Origin: Spirogloea muscicola
Taxonomy: Eukaryota
Assembly: GCA_009602725.1 (NCBI GenBank)
Contig: WELB01000002.1
Coordinates: 1,399,892-1,463,891, forward strand
DNA: 64,000 bases
Direction of reading: 5' to 3'
This document shows, piece by piece, positions 47,496 to 60,975 of this stretch (positions are counted from its first letter, which is position 1; every line of letters starts with the position of its first letter). A program made the position numbers and the translations under genes. A model generated the notes under the pieces. The model made no database searches and was not told where the DNA came from. It saw only the letters and a list, made by a program, of their open reading frames with translations.

Positions 47496-50400
47496 ATGAG
47501 GGCCCGCACGGTGCAGATCCTGTGGCACGACAAGGACCCCGTGCTGTCGCTGGACTTCCACGCCTCGGGCCTCCTCGCGACCGCCGGCGCCGACAAGGAC
47601 ATCAAGGTGCCCGGTGCCGTCTTTCGCTGCGTACCGGCTGAGCAGGAGACCTCCTGCTCTCACCGGTCGTCAATGCACCTGAGTTTGCGGATATCTCTGT
47701 ATGTCCGAGTCATCATGAATTTGGAGGCTGGCCGCGATTGGAGCGATGCTAATGGAAAGCAACTGTGGCCTGAAGTTGCAACGAGGGCAGAGCAATTGAT
47801 TAGCAGGCTTGTCATCTCGGGATGTAAGTCTGCTCGTGCAGCCCCAAGCCAGCTCAAGTGTTGTTGTCATTCTTAGCAGCTATGGGAGCTGGGAGTTGAC
47901 AAGGAGGGGTTGCCAACTGCCAGCTACCTATCCAGCCTCAGCCACCACAGCTACGCCGTCAATGTCATCCGATTCTCTCCTGCAGGTCTGTCTTACATGC
48001 TCGGTGACAGGTGCACAGGGCCATGCAAAGCTGATGCTGTGATGAGATTTGTTGTATGGGCGTAGAAGAGGAAAATCTGCATATCAGCCGATTACCTTGT
48101 CATTGGCGCTTACAGTGGCACAGTTGCCAATCACATGCAGGCAATGTACTCGCTTCAGGAGCTGATGGTCAGCTTTCCGTCCTCATCAACCAAGAAAGCT
48201 TGGGCTGTGGTGCAATGCAGCTCTCTAGCTATATTGTTGTGTGGAGGTGTGAAGATCTCTGCAAATTCCAGATACCTAGCTTGTGTATCCTTGTTCAATA
48301 AACATTGCCCGTACTACAGGTGGGGAGATTTTGCTGTGGAAGAGTGTTACAACAAGCACTGTGCCGTCCTGGAAGGTGTTACGGACTTTAAGGTGCAGCT
48401 TCCTCACCGTAATCTTGACCTTGATGTGACGGCACATTTCGTTCTCTGAGCTCTGTCCCACTTCTCAGATCCTTCTCTGCAGATCCTGGCCGGCGAGGAG
48501 CCAGACTGACATCTGAGATCCGCTAGCCTGCTTGGTTACAGCCGACACGAAAAGGATGTGCTGGATCTGCAGTGGTCCTCAGACGGGCACTTGCTGGCCT
48601 CAGGCTCTGTGGACAACACCTGCATTGTGTGGGACGTCCAGAAAGGCAAGCAACTTCTACATGGCACCAAATGCATTGCAAGATGGCAGGTAGTCTCACT
48701 TTGCTATTGCACAGACATGTTACGTATCATCAGTACAGTCACCACTGGTGCTGCAACCTCCACGACTGTCCCAAGGGCTTTCCCAACCATGTTGTGCATG
48801 ATATGGCTGAGCAGCAGCAAAGTTTCTGACCTTGTGTTTCTGCAGGGTCACCACAGCACTTTCTCCAAGATCATGTCCACTATGTCCAAGGGGTTGCATG
48901 GGATCCACTGGGCCAGTTCTTAGCGACGCAGAGCAGTGACAGGACCTGCAGAATCTACCTTGCCTCCAGGCTCGCTCCGCTCACGACCAAGAATAGGGTT
49001 ACTGCGGCTCCTGATGCCTACTCCTGCCGGCATGTTATCTCAAAGAGAAGTTTTGCAAATGAGGCCCTTTGCCTGCCTACTCCAAAGACCAGTGGTGCTA
49101 CTCCTACAGCAAAGGTAACAAGCTGATGCTTGTATGCTCATCATGTGCTACTCTCGTGCTAACATTGTGCAAGCATTTGTCTGTAAGTATTATATTGAGA
49201 GACATACCAGACGCTCGCTTGCTTTATGCCAACCTTGCTTACGAGCCATGCATGTAAATGAAGAGTAAGCAATACCGTTTCACTGCACTCATTTCTATGG
49301 CTTGCAAGTATTACTTGCATTGAGCAATCTTTCAATCCAGGTGTCCACTAAGCACCATCTGATGCTTGACGAGACCTTACCATCGTTTTACCGCCGCCTA
49401 GCCTGGTCCCCAGACGGATCATTCCTTGTCATTCCTGCTGGTAAGATGATGAAGTACTCCCACACCATATATTTGAGCAATACTTGAGGTATTCTGAATG
49501 ACGACCTTTCATGGCGCCCGTTCTCATCCCATCCGAGTGACATCTCAAGTTCAGGTTTCCACCTATATTTGAAAATATAGAAGGCATCATACACCTATGC
49601 CTGACAAGATCTCCACGGCTACAATCGCAGGAATGTACAAGCAGAGTGCTGATTCACCAGCATTGAATACTGCTTATGCGTTCTCCCGCAGAGACTGGTC
49701 TAGGTGAGGACCGCTACGTCTCTAGGACCCGATGCTGCCACAGCAATAATAGCTGTTGGCTTTCTATATGTTGACCAAAGACTGGTATCAGAGAGCTGAC
49801 TGGGCAACAATGCCTAATCTGTTCATTCAAGGAGCAAGGTCAATTGAAATTGGAATCCTCTCGTTGCAGGCCATCGTTTCTTCTGCCATCACCTGTTAAG
49901 GCAGTTGTAGCAGTACGATTTTGCCCTGTGTTCTTCCGGCCTTCCTTGTCTCCATTGAAGGGCGAGGATGCCAGTAAGTGCCATTCCGATTCTGTGAATG
50001 TTATCAACAATGCCGCAGAGCTTGTAGTCCTTAGACCTGCACTTGCAGCCGCTAGGTGAAAGCTGAGAGGCATTTTGAGGCATTCTACATGTTTAGCACA
50101 AGGCCAAAGAGGTGTGAGGTCAAGTAACCTTTATCAGACTGTGTGCCACAACATTCTAACAACCTCATATTTCCACGATAAGAAGTTGACGTCTGACAGC
50201 TCTTCCACTCTGTCCTTATGTCCTTCGGAGAATGCAGCAACATGTGGAAGTACCTTCAAACTCCCCTATAAATTAGTGTATGCTATTGCGAGCCTCAATT
50301 CTGTCTACCTGTACAACACCGAGCAGCTGCAGCCAGTGGCTGTACTTGGTGGCATCCATTATGCAGCAGTAACAGACATTGCCTGGTACTGCATACCTGA

Positions 50401-50928
50401 GGAGCCTCTACTGCAATTAGTTTAATCAGCAACCACTCGGATTGTGGCTTGTGAAATTGTGGTCATCAAATGCACGGCATCTTGCTGCCCTTGTTGACGT
50501 CCAACTATTGCTCCTCAGGTCACAGGATGCCAAGTTTTTAGCAGTTTCGTCTCAAGATGGTTACTGCACAATTGTCAGCTTTGAGGCTGGAGAGCTTGGA
50601 ACCCCGCTTGCACTTGCAGGTGCCTTCCTCGCCCACCATGCACTATCAAATAAGTGTTGATGCCATGTCACTAGTCTATCAGCTCAACAGGGAGTCATAT
50701 TCTGTGAGGTTCCTGCATGTCTGGAAGGTAGAACACTTTGTCTTGGGCGGTTGCGTGCACAACATTCTCATTCAGCAGACTCGTCAGCAAGAGTTTTTGC
50801 ACATTGTCATCTATTGCATCCTGCACTATCTGACAGCGCCTTCTGACTTCTCATCAGACCTTCCTTCACATATTGCTGAGGTCCAGCAACGGCTGGAAGA
50901 TGCAACATCGACTGTGACAGGAGGTTGA
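47496..50928 (+). CDS. FAS2: Chromatin assembly factor 1 subunit B (p60/FAS2), WD40; 3' end uncertain and may extend to ~51700
   Basis: [99 protein letters not shown]. Confidence 0.93.
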
Positions 50929-51686
50929 CATCCATGATGCTTGCTAATTGGAACAACTTACACAGGCCATCTAGGCCGACTTGACTTTGCCAAAGCCTGC
51001 ACACGGTAGCCATCTGTTCAGTGTTAAGCACTAACAGGGGATGGATCCTCAGTTGAGCATGTTGCATCACTGTGATTCAGATGCATTGCTGGTACCCCTC
51101 TATGTGAAAGTAACTTTTGCTCGGCAGTGCAAACTTGTACTTTGTTCTGAGAGCAGCGGGAAGGGTCAAACGATGAGCCCTGTAACTCCATCTTACTCGA
51201 GCCTTCTCATACTCGCACTTTGAGCAGTGGGGCATTCTGGTGGTAATTTTGGATCCTTTGACCAGCTCTTCAATTTGCTTGCAGAGACCTTAGGGATTAA
51301 ACAGGAATCCCCAAGGGTCCCTGTGTACACACAAGACAAGGTCTTGTGTGGATAGAATTAAGATGCCCAGTAGGCTAAAAGGGTCTGGAAACAGACGGTA
51401 GAAGGTTGAATGTAAACTGCATTGGCAGCTATGGATGCGTATCACCTGTCTTATCAGAGAGGTGTGAAGGCAATAAATATGGTGGAAGATACGTCAAATG
51501 GCGGACTGTACAGCTCCTCATCGTCCCAAGGCTGTCTAAGATCAGGGATTTAACAAAAACTCTTGCCTCATGAATGGCCACTGTGTCAGGCTCCCAAGGA
51601 ACCCAAAAGCTGCGTGCTCGCCGTGGACAAATAATGCCCCCTCATCATCTGCGGATTTGTTCCAGCAACGCTCAGGAGCTGTCATG

Positions 51687-54600
51687 CTACAGCACCCCTA
51701 CGCTGGCCTCGACTGAATAGAAGTTCCACAACATCAGGGGCAACAAAAAATGTAAACTCCTGACAATTACCCTGATCCTAAAGTAAGTGTGGCCTACACG
51801 AAGATTCCCAGGACGATGCACAGCTACTGGGCAAGCCCTTGGCTGTGACTGTCGCAAGTAGAGCAAGGCCCGGCTGCAGTGCATAAAGAATTGGTCAGGC
51901 CCTCTGCAGCAAGGCCTCGTTGAGGTCATTGGCACTGGAGCGTTTCCAAGTAAAGTCGCCACCGCTGCTAGCCGCGCGACCCAATGGATCCTTAGGGTCA
52001 TTGCTGGAGCGTCCATAAGTGCGCGGGAGAATAATGTGAGGGAAAAGCCAGTGAAGGTACGCACAAAGCGCCACAAGCGGCAGCGAGAGTGCTCCCACGC
52101 ACACCCTGAGCCCCAGGCTGGCGGCCAGTCGGTCCCGCACGAGGCCTGTGAGAAAGAAGGACGCCGAGAGCGAGAGCTCGCGCGTGCTGTCCACCCAACC
52201 ATACACTAGCGTTTCTTTCCGAAGACTGCTTCGGGCAGAAGAAGCCGTACTCTCCCCGTCCATCTTGGTGCCAGCACCGGCATCGTAGTCTTGCCTCTCG
52301 GCCCACCACACAACCTCTGGCACCTGCCAGAATGTCGCCGTGAGAAGAGAAGCGCCAACGTGGCCATGCCTGCAGCGACCAGCTCTTGACATAGATGGAG
52401 CTTTTAGCTTCGTGCTGTCAGAGTGGGTGATCACCTAGAGCCGCCGTTCAAGAAATGGATCAGTCACCTGAATCTCATAGGCTGCAAAGAGCGCCCCTTG
52501 GCCCAGGCCATCGAGTGCTGTGACAACGAAAACCCAGCGCGGCGCCAGTCCGCGCTCAAAGGCAAACAACAGGAGCAGCTTGGCAAGGACAATGGCCACT
52601 AGCGAGAGGCGCAGCATCGGCTCCGGTGGAAGTGCGGCAGGGAACAAGCCCATGGCCATCTGCGTGAGCGCGTGACCAAGCTGGAGGACGGCCACGGCAG
52701 TGATGGAGGCGCTCACGAACGAGTAGCCCGGTATGTGGTCGTATTGCAAGTACAATTGCACGAACGCCGGCAGAGACGCCTGTGGCAATGCGCCCAAGCA
52801 GGGTCAGGGCAGCGGCATTGGGATGTGCAGCATTGCAGTGCAACTGCTGTGAATGAAGTGAAGGCTGTATGTCTGTGTGCAGTTGAGGATCAAGAAAAGG
52901 CAAGTTTGGCCTAGGCTGATGTAGACCTGCGTTGTCGTGAGGATGCCCCAGAGGAGAAAGTGATTCGACAACAGCACCCAAAATGGCCGCTTCTGCGACA
53001 GGCAACATACAAGAACAAAGCGCCCCAGCCACAAAGCAGTCTGAGCTTTCAACAGGTTGAAGTTCTTTAACGTATTGCACAATCTCACAAGCCAGCACAC
53101 TGCCACCAGCACACAGGACGAGCAAGCAGACTGCTAGTCAGGGCCTGTCCTATACATTGCCTGTTTGCACCAGACCTGCCACAGCAGGCACGAGGAGCTG
53201 AGCCAGAGTCGCAGCTGGGATGGCTCCGACGCAGGCGGCGCTTCTGCCGGTGCCGCTGCCAAGTTGGCCTTTTCATCGAGGTCGTGGACAAGCCCTCGTG
53301 AGGCAAGACTCTCCCAAACCTCGTCCCGTGATGGCCTGTCCAGCACTTCGGAGCCACTGTCTACCTCTGCAGCTACTGCTGCAGAGCCAGCGCTGCCGTT
53401 GGCAGGGGCAGCCGAGCGGCCCTCGACAGCTCCATTTGGCGCAGCAAGGACCAGATCCACGCAGGTCAGAGTGGATGAAGGCCCTGCTGCCGGTGGTGCC
53501 GAGACTGATCGCGATGCAGTGCTGTCTGCCAGCTGAGTGGGTGCCTCCACTGCTGCGGCCGCCTGCAAGGCACGCTCGGCAGCCAGGGTCGAGCGCAGCT
53601 CGGACAGCACGTTGCATGTGTCGCCTCCATCATAATCTTCTCCAGCAGCGCTGTGGGCGAGCGGCCAGCGCTGTCCATGCTCCAGGTGGTCGGCGGGAGC
53701 AGTACGGGCATGCTGCAGCGCACCGCTGCCGCTAGCAGGCCAACCGTCGCTGTCGCCCGCCGCCTCCAGCTCCTCCGCAGAACCCTCAGCGACGGCGACT
53801 GAGTTGAGAGCCCCGCTTTCGTTGAGCTCGGCAGGGTCGAGGGTGTAGTAGTGGTACAGCCCGTAGCGATGGTCCAGACTGAGCTGCTGGGCTAGGTGAC
53901 GGCCGCGACCGGCCTTGAATTGATTTGGCCCAAACTGTTTGCCGATGCTGGCGTAGTGACCCAACGAGAAGCGCCGCCGCGGCCGCCAGGCCAGCTGCGG
54001 AGGAGGCGGCATCGCAGCCAAGCCCTGGCCTCGGTGGTAAGGCACCTCGTGCTCCTCGGCGAGCAGCACCCACAGGAGGAAGAGGGCGGCGACGACGCCG
54101 CCGACAACGGCGGCCTGGATGAGGTACGCAGACGGGGCGTCGCCCACGAGCGCGTGCACCACGGCCACGACGAGGATGGCAGCCACCGAGCTGCAGCTGC
54201 CGATGCAGAGGCGCAGGACGTTGATGCGGCGCAGCGTGAGCGGGTCCGACGCGAGCATGGGGATGGAGCCCTCGTACGCGACGATGAGCGTGCCGTAGAA
54301 CAAGTTGAAGGCGAGCAGCGCTGCCAGATAGTACGCGATCGTAGCTGCACGGCAGCGCAGGCGAGTTGCAGAGCAAGTCCTCAATGAATACCAGCTAATT
54401 ATATGTCAATTCCTGCTCACAGTGTACCAGAATGAAATATTTTGCCCGTTTATGCAAGTTTTTTGTAGCATACCAAACAAGTTGGGAGGAGTGTCACTAC
54501 TCGCCTTTATTCTGTTTCATTGTTGCCTCACCCTTCTTTAAAAACACTTCTCCAGCGGCGGCACTAGCCACAGCCGTCGGCAGGGGGAACCGAGCGGCAG

Positions 54601-55175
54601 CGCTCGAGTCAAATCCTGAACCCCCCTGACCCCAAACCCTAAACCCTGAAACCCTGAACTTGAAGCGCACCTGTGATGTGGCGGCCGGGCTGGTGGCCGG
54701 GCGCCGGCGGCCACCAGAGCGCGGAGAAGGAGGCGAAGAGGGGCCCCACGGCGAGGAGGATCCAGAAGCGGTGCTTGCCGACGGCGCGCGGCACGGGGCT
54801 GGCCTCGATGGCCACGCTGGCCAGCACGCCGACGCCGACGCTGAACAGCTCCGACAGCATCAGCATGGTGCCCGCCAGGGAGCCTGCGCGCCGGCGGCGG
54901 CGGGTCAGGCACGGCGGCTCGACAGCCACGGCCGTCGAGACCGACCTCACAGAAGCTGGGGCGGTGGCCCGCCGCCGGAGCCGTGGCGGGCCAGCGCCAG
55001 GGCGGCGCACGCACTGGCGATGCCGGCAGTGGCGACGAGGAAGTGGAGGGCGTAGGAGGCGAAGAGGGCGTCCATGGCGCACACGGCGTTGCAGAGGCAG
55101 AAGGCGGCGTGCAGCGCGGCAGGCGCCGCCAGCGGGCCGCGCCGCCACCGCGACGTGAACCCCGCGCCCGGCGCC
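51687..55175 (-). CDS. MFS_2 / GPH-type membrane transporter with a long central loop; start in the gap
   Basis: Multiple TM exons: AGTMLMLSELF, GKHRFWIL..GP, FNLFYGTLIVAYEGSIPML..RINVLR, QASLPAFVQLYL, VPEVVWWAE..KETLVYG. Confidence 0.75.
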
Positions 55176-55751
55176 NNNNNNNNNNNNNNNNNNNNNNNNN
55201 NNNNNNNNNNNNNNNNNNNNNNNNNNNNNNNNNNNNNNNNNNNNNNNNNNNNNNNNNNNNNNNNNNNNNNNNNNNNNNNNNNNNNNNNNNNNNNNNNNNN
55301 NNNNNNNNNNNNNNNNNNNNNNNNNNNNNNNNNNNNNNNNNNNNNNNNNNNNNNNNNNNNNNNNNNNNNNNNNNNNNNNNNNNNNNNNNNNNNNNNNNNN
55401 NNNNNNNNNNNNNNNNNNNNNNNNNNNNNNNNNNNNNNNNNNNNNNNNNNNNNNNNNNNNNNNNNNNNNNNNNNNNNNNNNNNNNNNNNNNNNNNNNNNN
55501 NNNNNNNNNNNNNNNNNNNNNNNNNNNNNNNNNNNNNNNNNNNNNNNNNNNNNNNNNNNNNNNNNNNNNNNNNNNNNNNNNNNNNNNNNNNNNNNNNNNN
55601 NNNNNNNNNNNNNNNNNNNNNNNNNNNNNNNNNNNNNNNNNNNNNNNNNNNNNNNNNNNNNNNNNNNNNNNNNNNNNNNNNNNNNNNNNNNNNNNNNNNN
55701 NNNNNNNNNNNNNNNNNNNNNNNNNNNNNNNNNNNNNNNNNNNNNNNNNNN

Positions 55752-58460
55752 TTCCGATCTGCGACTCCGTGCTGGCGGCCTCGGGCCGCGGCGCGGCCAG
55801 GGCCTACGCCGGCGACGAGGCGGAGGGCCCACTGGCCGCAGCAGCGGCCCTCGCCGCCGACGGCGGCGGCGCTGCGCTGGAGGTCACGGTGACGGACCCC
55901 GTGAAGCAGGGCGACGGCGTCCAAGCCTACATCTCGTACCTCGTCAGCTACAAGGTCTGAAGGCTGTCGGTGAGACGGCAGCCGACGCGGCGGCCTGCTG
56001 TGCAGCCCCGTCTTGGTGTCAGGTAACGATGATGGCGCTGCAGGCTGCTGATACGAGAGGCGGAGACTGTCGGTGGCAGACCGACATGGAGGAGTACCAG
56101 TGGAAGGCCGCGAGCGTCATCCGGCGGTTCAGCGACTTCGTGTGGCTCCACGACCGGCTCGCCGAGAAGAACCGCGGCACCATCATCCCGCCGCTGCCGG
56201 AGAAGAACGTCGTGGGTGAGTGTCTGCCTGCGCCTCACGTCATGAAGTAGTGTCTGCCATTAGCTGCCGCGGTTACTAAGTAGCCGGCGGCTGGCACCGC
56301 GACGTGCGCTGCGACGCAGAGAAGTTCCGGTTCAGCGCGGACTTCATTGAGGGGCGGCGGCGGGCGCTGGACGCTTTCATGGGGCGGCTCGCGGCTCACC
56401 CTCGCCTGCGCCGCAGCCCCGACCTGCAGCTTTTCCTGCAGGCCAGCGAGGACGTCTGGGTCCGCTGCCACGCCAGAAGAGCTGCTGCACTATCGCCTGT
56501 CCTGCTAATGCCTAGCCGACTGCTTGCCGCATTCACGCTCGCCACCTTGCTGGCAATGCATATGCAGGCAATGGAGACATCACGTGGCCCTGACGCCGGC
56601 AGCAGCAGCGGCCTCTTCAAGAAGAAGCCCGGCGATTTCGTGCAGCTCTTCAAGGTTGGCATGGCAGCGATGCTGGCGGCAGCGCCAGCTACAACACCCA
56701 GTCGGCGTTCTTGACACTAGCAGTGTCATTGCCTGACCGACCTGCCGGCCTGTTGCCGCTGCAATTGCAGGACATGCAGGTGAAGGTGAGCAGCGTGGTG
56801 CTGGGCAAGGAGCGGGGCGCGGGCGAGGAGGAGGTGGACGCGGAGCTGGAGGCGCTGCGTGACGACGTGCTCCTGCTCGAGAGCAACATGCAGGAGGCGC
56901 AGAAGCAGGCGATGCGCCTCGTGAAGCGCCAGCGAGGTGCGGCGGTCTCCACCTGTGGGCCCTTCTGTGGAGGGAGGCAGGAAGTCCCTGCCAGCCGCTA
57001 TGCCACGTTGCCGGCTCACAGCAGCTGCAGGGCTGCCCGAACTGGCCGACTGGCGTGTGCACAGAGCTGGGCCAGTCGCTCACGGACTTCGGCGTGGCGG
57101 TCATCATGCTGGGCAACACCGAGGGCGGTGCTCTTGGCAGAGCATTTGCCGAACTCGGCAACCGCTCCGACATGCTCGCCACTCGCTCGCAGAAGCAGGT
57201 GAGAGCTCTGGGCTCTCCCTGCATAGTCTGGACCGCAATCCAGGTCCCCAACATGACTTTTGGAGCGGAGCTTTTGCCATGATTTCCTCCACTTAGTCAG
57301 GTCCTGCAAAGGGTCCTTCTTCATATGTTTGTGGCAGTATAGATTCGACTATTGGCTTCGCTTAACTACGGGATTTGCCTGCAGGCGAGCGACTTGCTGC
57401 TGAGCTTTGAGGAGCCGCTTAAGGAGTACACACGCATAGTGCAGTCCATCAAGGTGCAGCTTGCCACTCAGTGCCGTGGCCTGCGTCGCAGGGCGTTCAC
57501 ACGCAGCCCTTCCTTCGCGCCATCCATTCTTTCGCCATGCCCATCATTCTACGCTGCAGCTGGGCAGGGGCCAGCGGTGCCTTGCTCACTCACATCAAGG
57601 TGCCTCTTTTGAGGCTCACATTGCCTAACACTGCTGGCGCCATGGTGGCGTTTGAATGGCGATCAACCCTGCAGAGTGTCGTGGCTGACCGAACTCTGGC
57701 ACTGCGGCAGCGACAAGAGCTTGTCACAGAGCTGGAGGCTAAACGCGGCAAGCTGTGAGTGCTACTACCGAGCTCCTTACCACTGAATCACGACCCGGAT
57801 TGCGCTGGGATCAGGAAAGTCGATTGTAAGCTCGTAGGAGGGGTCAGCTTAAGAGGGTGAGGCTTGTATTAGGGTTTGGCTCATGGTCTGTTGGCGCAGC
57901 GCCTGCTACGGGCTCGGCACCAGTTTCCGGGTTGCTTCTTGCCAGCGAGCCGTGCCTGACTCGCTTGCGAGCTCTCCCCACCTGGCCTCGCATGGCCGGC
58001 TGGCAGCATCAAGTTGAAGGAAGCACAGCCGCCGCTGAGGCCAGGCCGCATCCACGAGGCTGAGGCAGAGGTGGACGAGGTACGCCCATTTAACCACAGC
58101 CTATCCTCCCTCCTTGTGCCTGCTGTCACAGCGGCAGTCTCTCTGATAAGCCGCCAAATTTGTAACGTGGGCGGGTGCCGTGTGCGGCAGGCGCTGCAGA
58201 GGCTGCAGGGCGCACGCAAGCAGTACGAAGAGATGCGGGTGGAGATGGGGGCGGAGATAGCGCGCTTCCGGAAAGAGCGCGTGCGCGACCTCAGTCGCGT
58301 GCTGCACGACTTTGCCTTGGCCCAGGCGCAAGCAGCGGCTGACTCTGCTGCCACCTGGCGCTCGCTGCTGCCGGCAGTGGAGGCCGCCGCGCCGCCGCCC
58401 CCTCAGCCATCACAATCTCCGCAGCCTCCAGCGCAGCCGGCTGTTCCCACACAGTCATGA
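55752..58460 (+). CDS. SNX1: Sorting nexin 1 (PX-BAR); start in the gap
   Basis: [78 protein letters not shown]. Confidence 0.95.
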
Positions 58461-59094
58461 CCGCGGGCACCAGGGTGATGCTTAGGCTTTTCAGTAATCT
58501 GCATAATTGCTTGTACAGAAAGTCACAATGACGGCACCAGCTCTCACAGACCCTGCTCTCACCCACTAACCCCCCATACTGTGACGATTGACAAGTAAAG
58601 CGGAGGTAAATATGGAGCTCATCTCGAGTTCCCAGATTTTAAGAGAGGAACACGAGCACAAGATCGAGTGTCGTCGTGCAGTGGCGCACCCTTATAGCAT
58701 AAGTCCCTCAGCAAAGGGCGCACCAGCCACAGGAAAGGCCTACTCAGGAGCACCAATTTTAACCAGCATCAGGTCCTGTCCACACTTATTCGCATTGGGA
58801 GGTGCGAAGAAGGATGGACATTGAGAAGGCAATAGAGAGCGGCTGGAAGGAACAGAGGTGGTGGCTCTGTCAATGGAAGCCATGGCAGAAGAGGGTGGTG
58901 ATCGTTGAGCATGACCACAAGCAACGAGACTGATCGCGTTTGTCAAGCAGCAGGGACCCATCCAGACACAGTCCCAATCAGGGATGTTAGTGCAGCATGC
59001 TGGTTGGCCCCACCTATCCTGCTGCCGCCGCTGCTGCTGCCAGGAGCGTGCGGCGCCTCCCTGCGGACAGCAGAGCCTCGTCGCATACAGTAGG

Positions 59095-59562
59095 CCATGG
59101 GGGGCCCAGGGCCCCTTTACAATGGGCGAGCCCTTTCTCTGACCTGACCTGCTTAGCAGGGGTTACTGAGTGCTTCGTAGCTGCTTGGTTTCTCTTTGCA
59201 CTTGTCTTCCTCAGTAAGAAAGGGCTCGCCCATTGAGGATAGGGGCTGGACAAGCCAGCCCAAAAAAGTATAAACAAAGAACGAGAAGGGGGCCAGAGGA
59301 AGCCAGAGGAAGCGCTAAGAAACCAAAGCTAAGAAATCAGTGCTTCCCCTGGCCCCTTCTCGTCCTTTGTTCGTTCTTTTTCGGGCTGGCTTTTCCCAAT
59401 GGGCGAGCCCTTTTCTTGACAATGGGCGAGCCCTTCTCCTCACTCGTCTTCAGGCCCCTCTGCAGCTGCTAAACGCTTGTCGGCCCCTCCGAACCCTTGT
59501 CAATTCTTTTTGGGCTGGCTTATCACAGCCCTTGCCCCCATTTGGAGTGCCACTTCTTCTTT
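59095..59562. mobile_element. Retroelement 3'-end cluster upstream of RidA: family C with an inverted family C insert, extra C tips, family B UTR
   Basis: ...DLLSRGY* then UTR, interrupted at TCAGT (59211-59215 and 59337-59341) by a reversed C end; B UTR 59445-59562 ends gagtgccacttcttc. Confidence 0.85.
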
Positions 59563-59995
59563 ACACACAGGCAACCCCCAGCGGCAGCCCGTCACTTCGG
59601 CCGGCCTGCCGTCGCCGGGTTAGGGTTACGGGTTAGGAGTCGCAAGACCGCCCGTCAAGCTAACGGCGGCCGTGCGGGCCAGCTTCGGCGGCGGCGGCGG
59701 CGGCGGCGGCGGGCGGCGGCGGCATTGGCGGCGGCGGCGTTGGCGNNNNNNNNNNNNNNNNNNNNNNNNNNNNNNNNNNNNNNNNNNNNNNNNNNNNNNN
59801 NNNNNNNNNNNNNNNNNCCGCCGCCGTTAGCGCCGCGGCGGCCTGCCGGCTGCCGCCAGCTTCCCGCAGCCGTGCCGCCGGGGGCGCGCGCTCCGCGAGC
59901 CGCCGGTGGCTCTCCACCATGGCCGCTGTTGGAGGTGCGGGAGCTGATCCGAGCTTCGCCACGATGCTGCCGCGAGCTGAGAGCTCGAGGCCCTC

Positions 59996-60975
59996 ATGGC
60001 CGCCTGCGTCGTGGAGCCCGCGACAGGAGCGGCGCCGCCGATGGCGGCAGCGGCGGCCACTGCCAAGGAGGCGGTGAGCACGGACCAGGCGCCAGCGGCG
60101 CTGGGGCCGTACAGCCAGGCCGTCAAGGCCGGCGGCTTCCTCTTCGTCTCCGGCGTCCTCGGCCTCGTCCCCGAGGTGCGTGTGGCGCCACGTCAGCCTT
60201 CCTGGCGCTCGCGCATGCCGCCGCCGCGCTTGCCGAGGACCGCAGCCTGAGCATTGAGCCAGACTCGTGCAGACGATGAAGTTTGCCGGGGAGAGCACAG
60301 AGGCGCAGACCGAGCAGGTGAGCACGCGCTGGACATGCTAGCTGGCCTTCCCGCGATACCGCAGCGTGGCCAGGCCCGAGCTCCATGCAGCTGCGGGTGC
60401 GCCACCAGAGCTTGGTCTGCTTGTGGTAGTCGTGCCACGGTTGACCTGCTGCGCGACTGAACCCCGTTTCCCGGGCTGCTCGAGCCTGCGAGCAGCTGAT
60501 GACAAACATGGGCCACATCCTCAAGGCGGGCGGCTCCGATTATGCCTCTGTGGTCAAGACAACAATCATGTAAGACCCCCGCAGGGACACAGCCACATAG
60601 GGCAATGCCAGCCACCAAACACGGCAGATTCGCTGCGAAGCTTCTGTCTGTGCTGATATCCTGCTGCTGGATGTGCAGGCTTGCCGATCTCGCCGATTTT
60701 AAGATCGTCAACGAGATCTACGGCAAATGTAAGCCCATGACTTCCCGTGTCCCATCTCATGGCACCCTTGGCTGCTGCTTGGGCTCCTGGGCATGTTGCT
60801 ACGCCATGGACCCCTTCCTGAAACGTGACCAGATTATACCATCTGATCAATCTCTTATTGGTGCCGCTTGCGTCCAGACTTCCCAGCACCAGCGCCTGCC
60901 CGCTCCACTTATCAAGTGGCGGCTCTGCCTCTTGGAGCGCGGGTTGAGATTGAGTGCATTGCTTCACTCTCCTGA
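59996..60975 (+). CDS. RIDA: RidA reactive intermediate deaminase (YjgF/YER057c/UK114); transit peptide probably partly in the gap
   Basis: APAALGPYSQAVKAG..FVSGVLGLVPE, VVKTTIM/LADLADFKIVNEIYG, PARSTYQVAALPLGARVEIECIA. Confidence 0.96.

Noticed and set aside
58588..59093. Short ORFs downstream of SNX1
   Set aside because: No homology or coding signature; probably UTR or intergenic.
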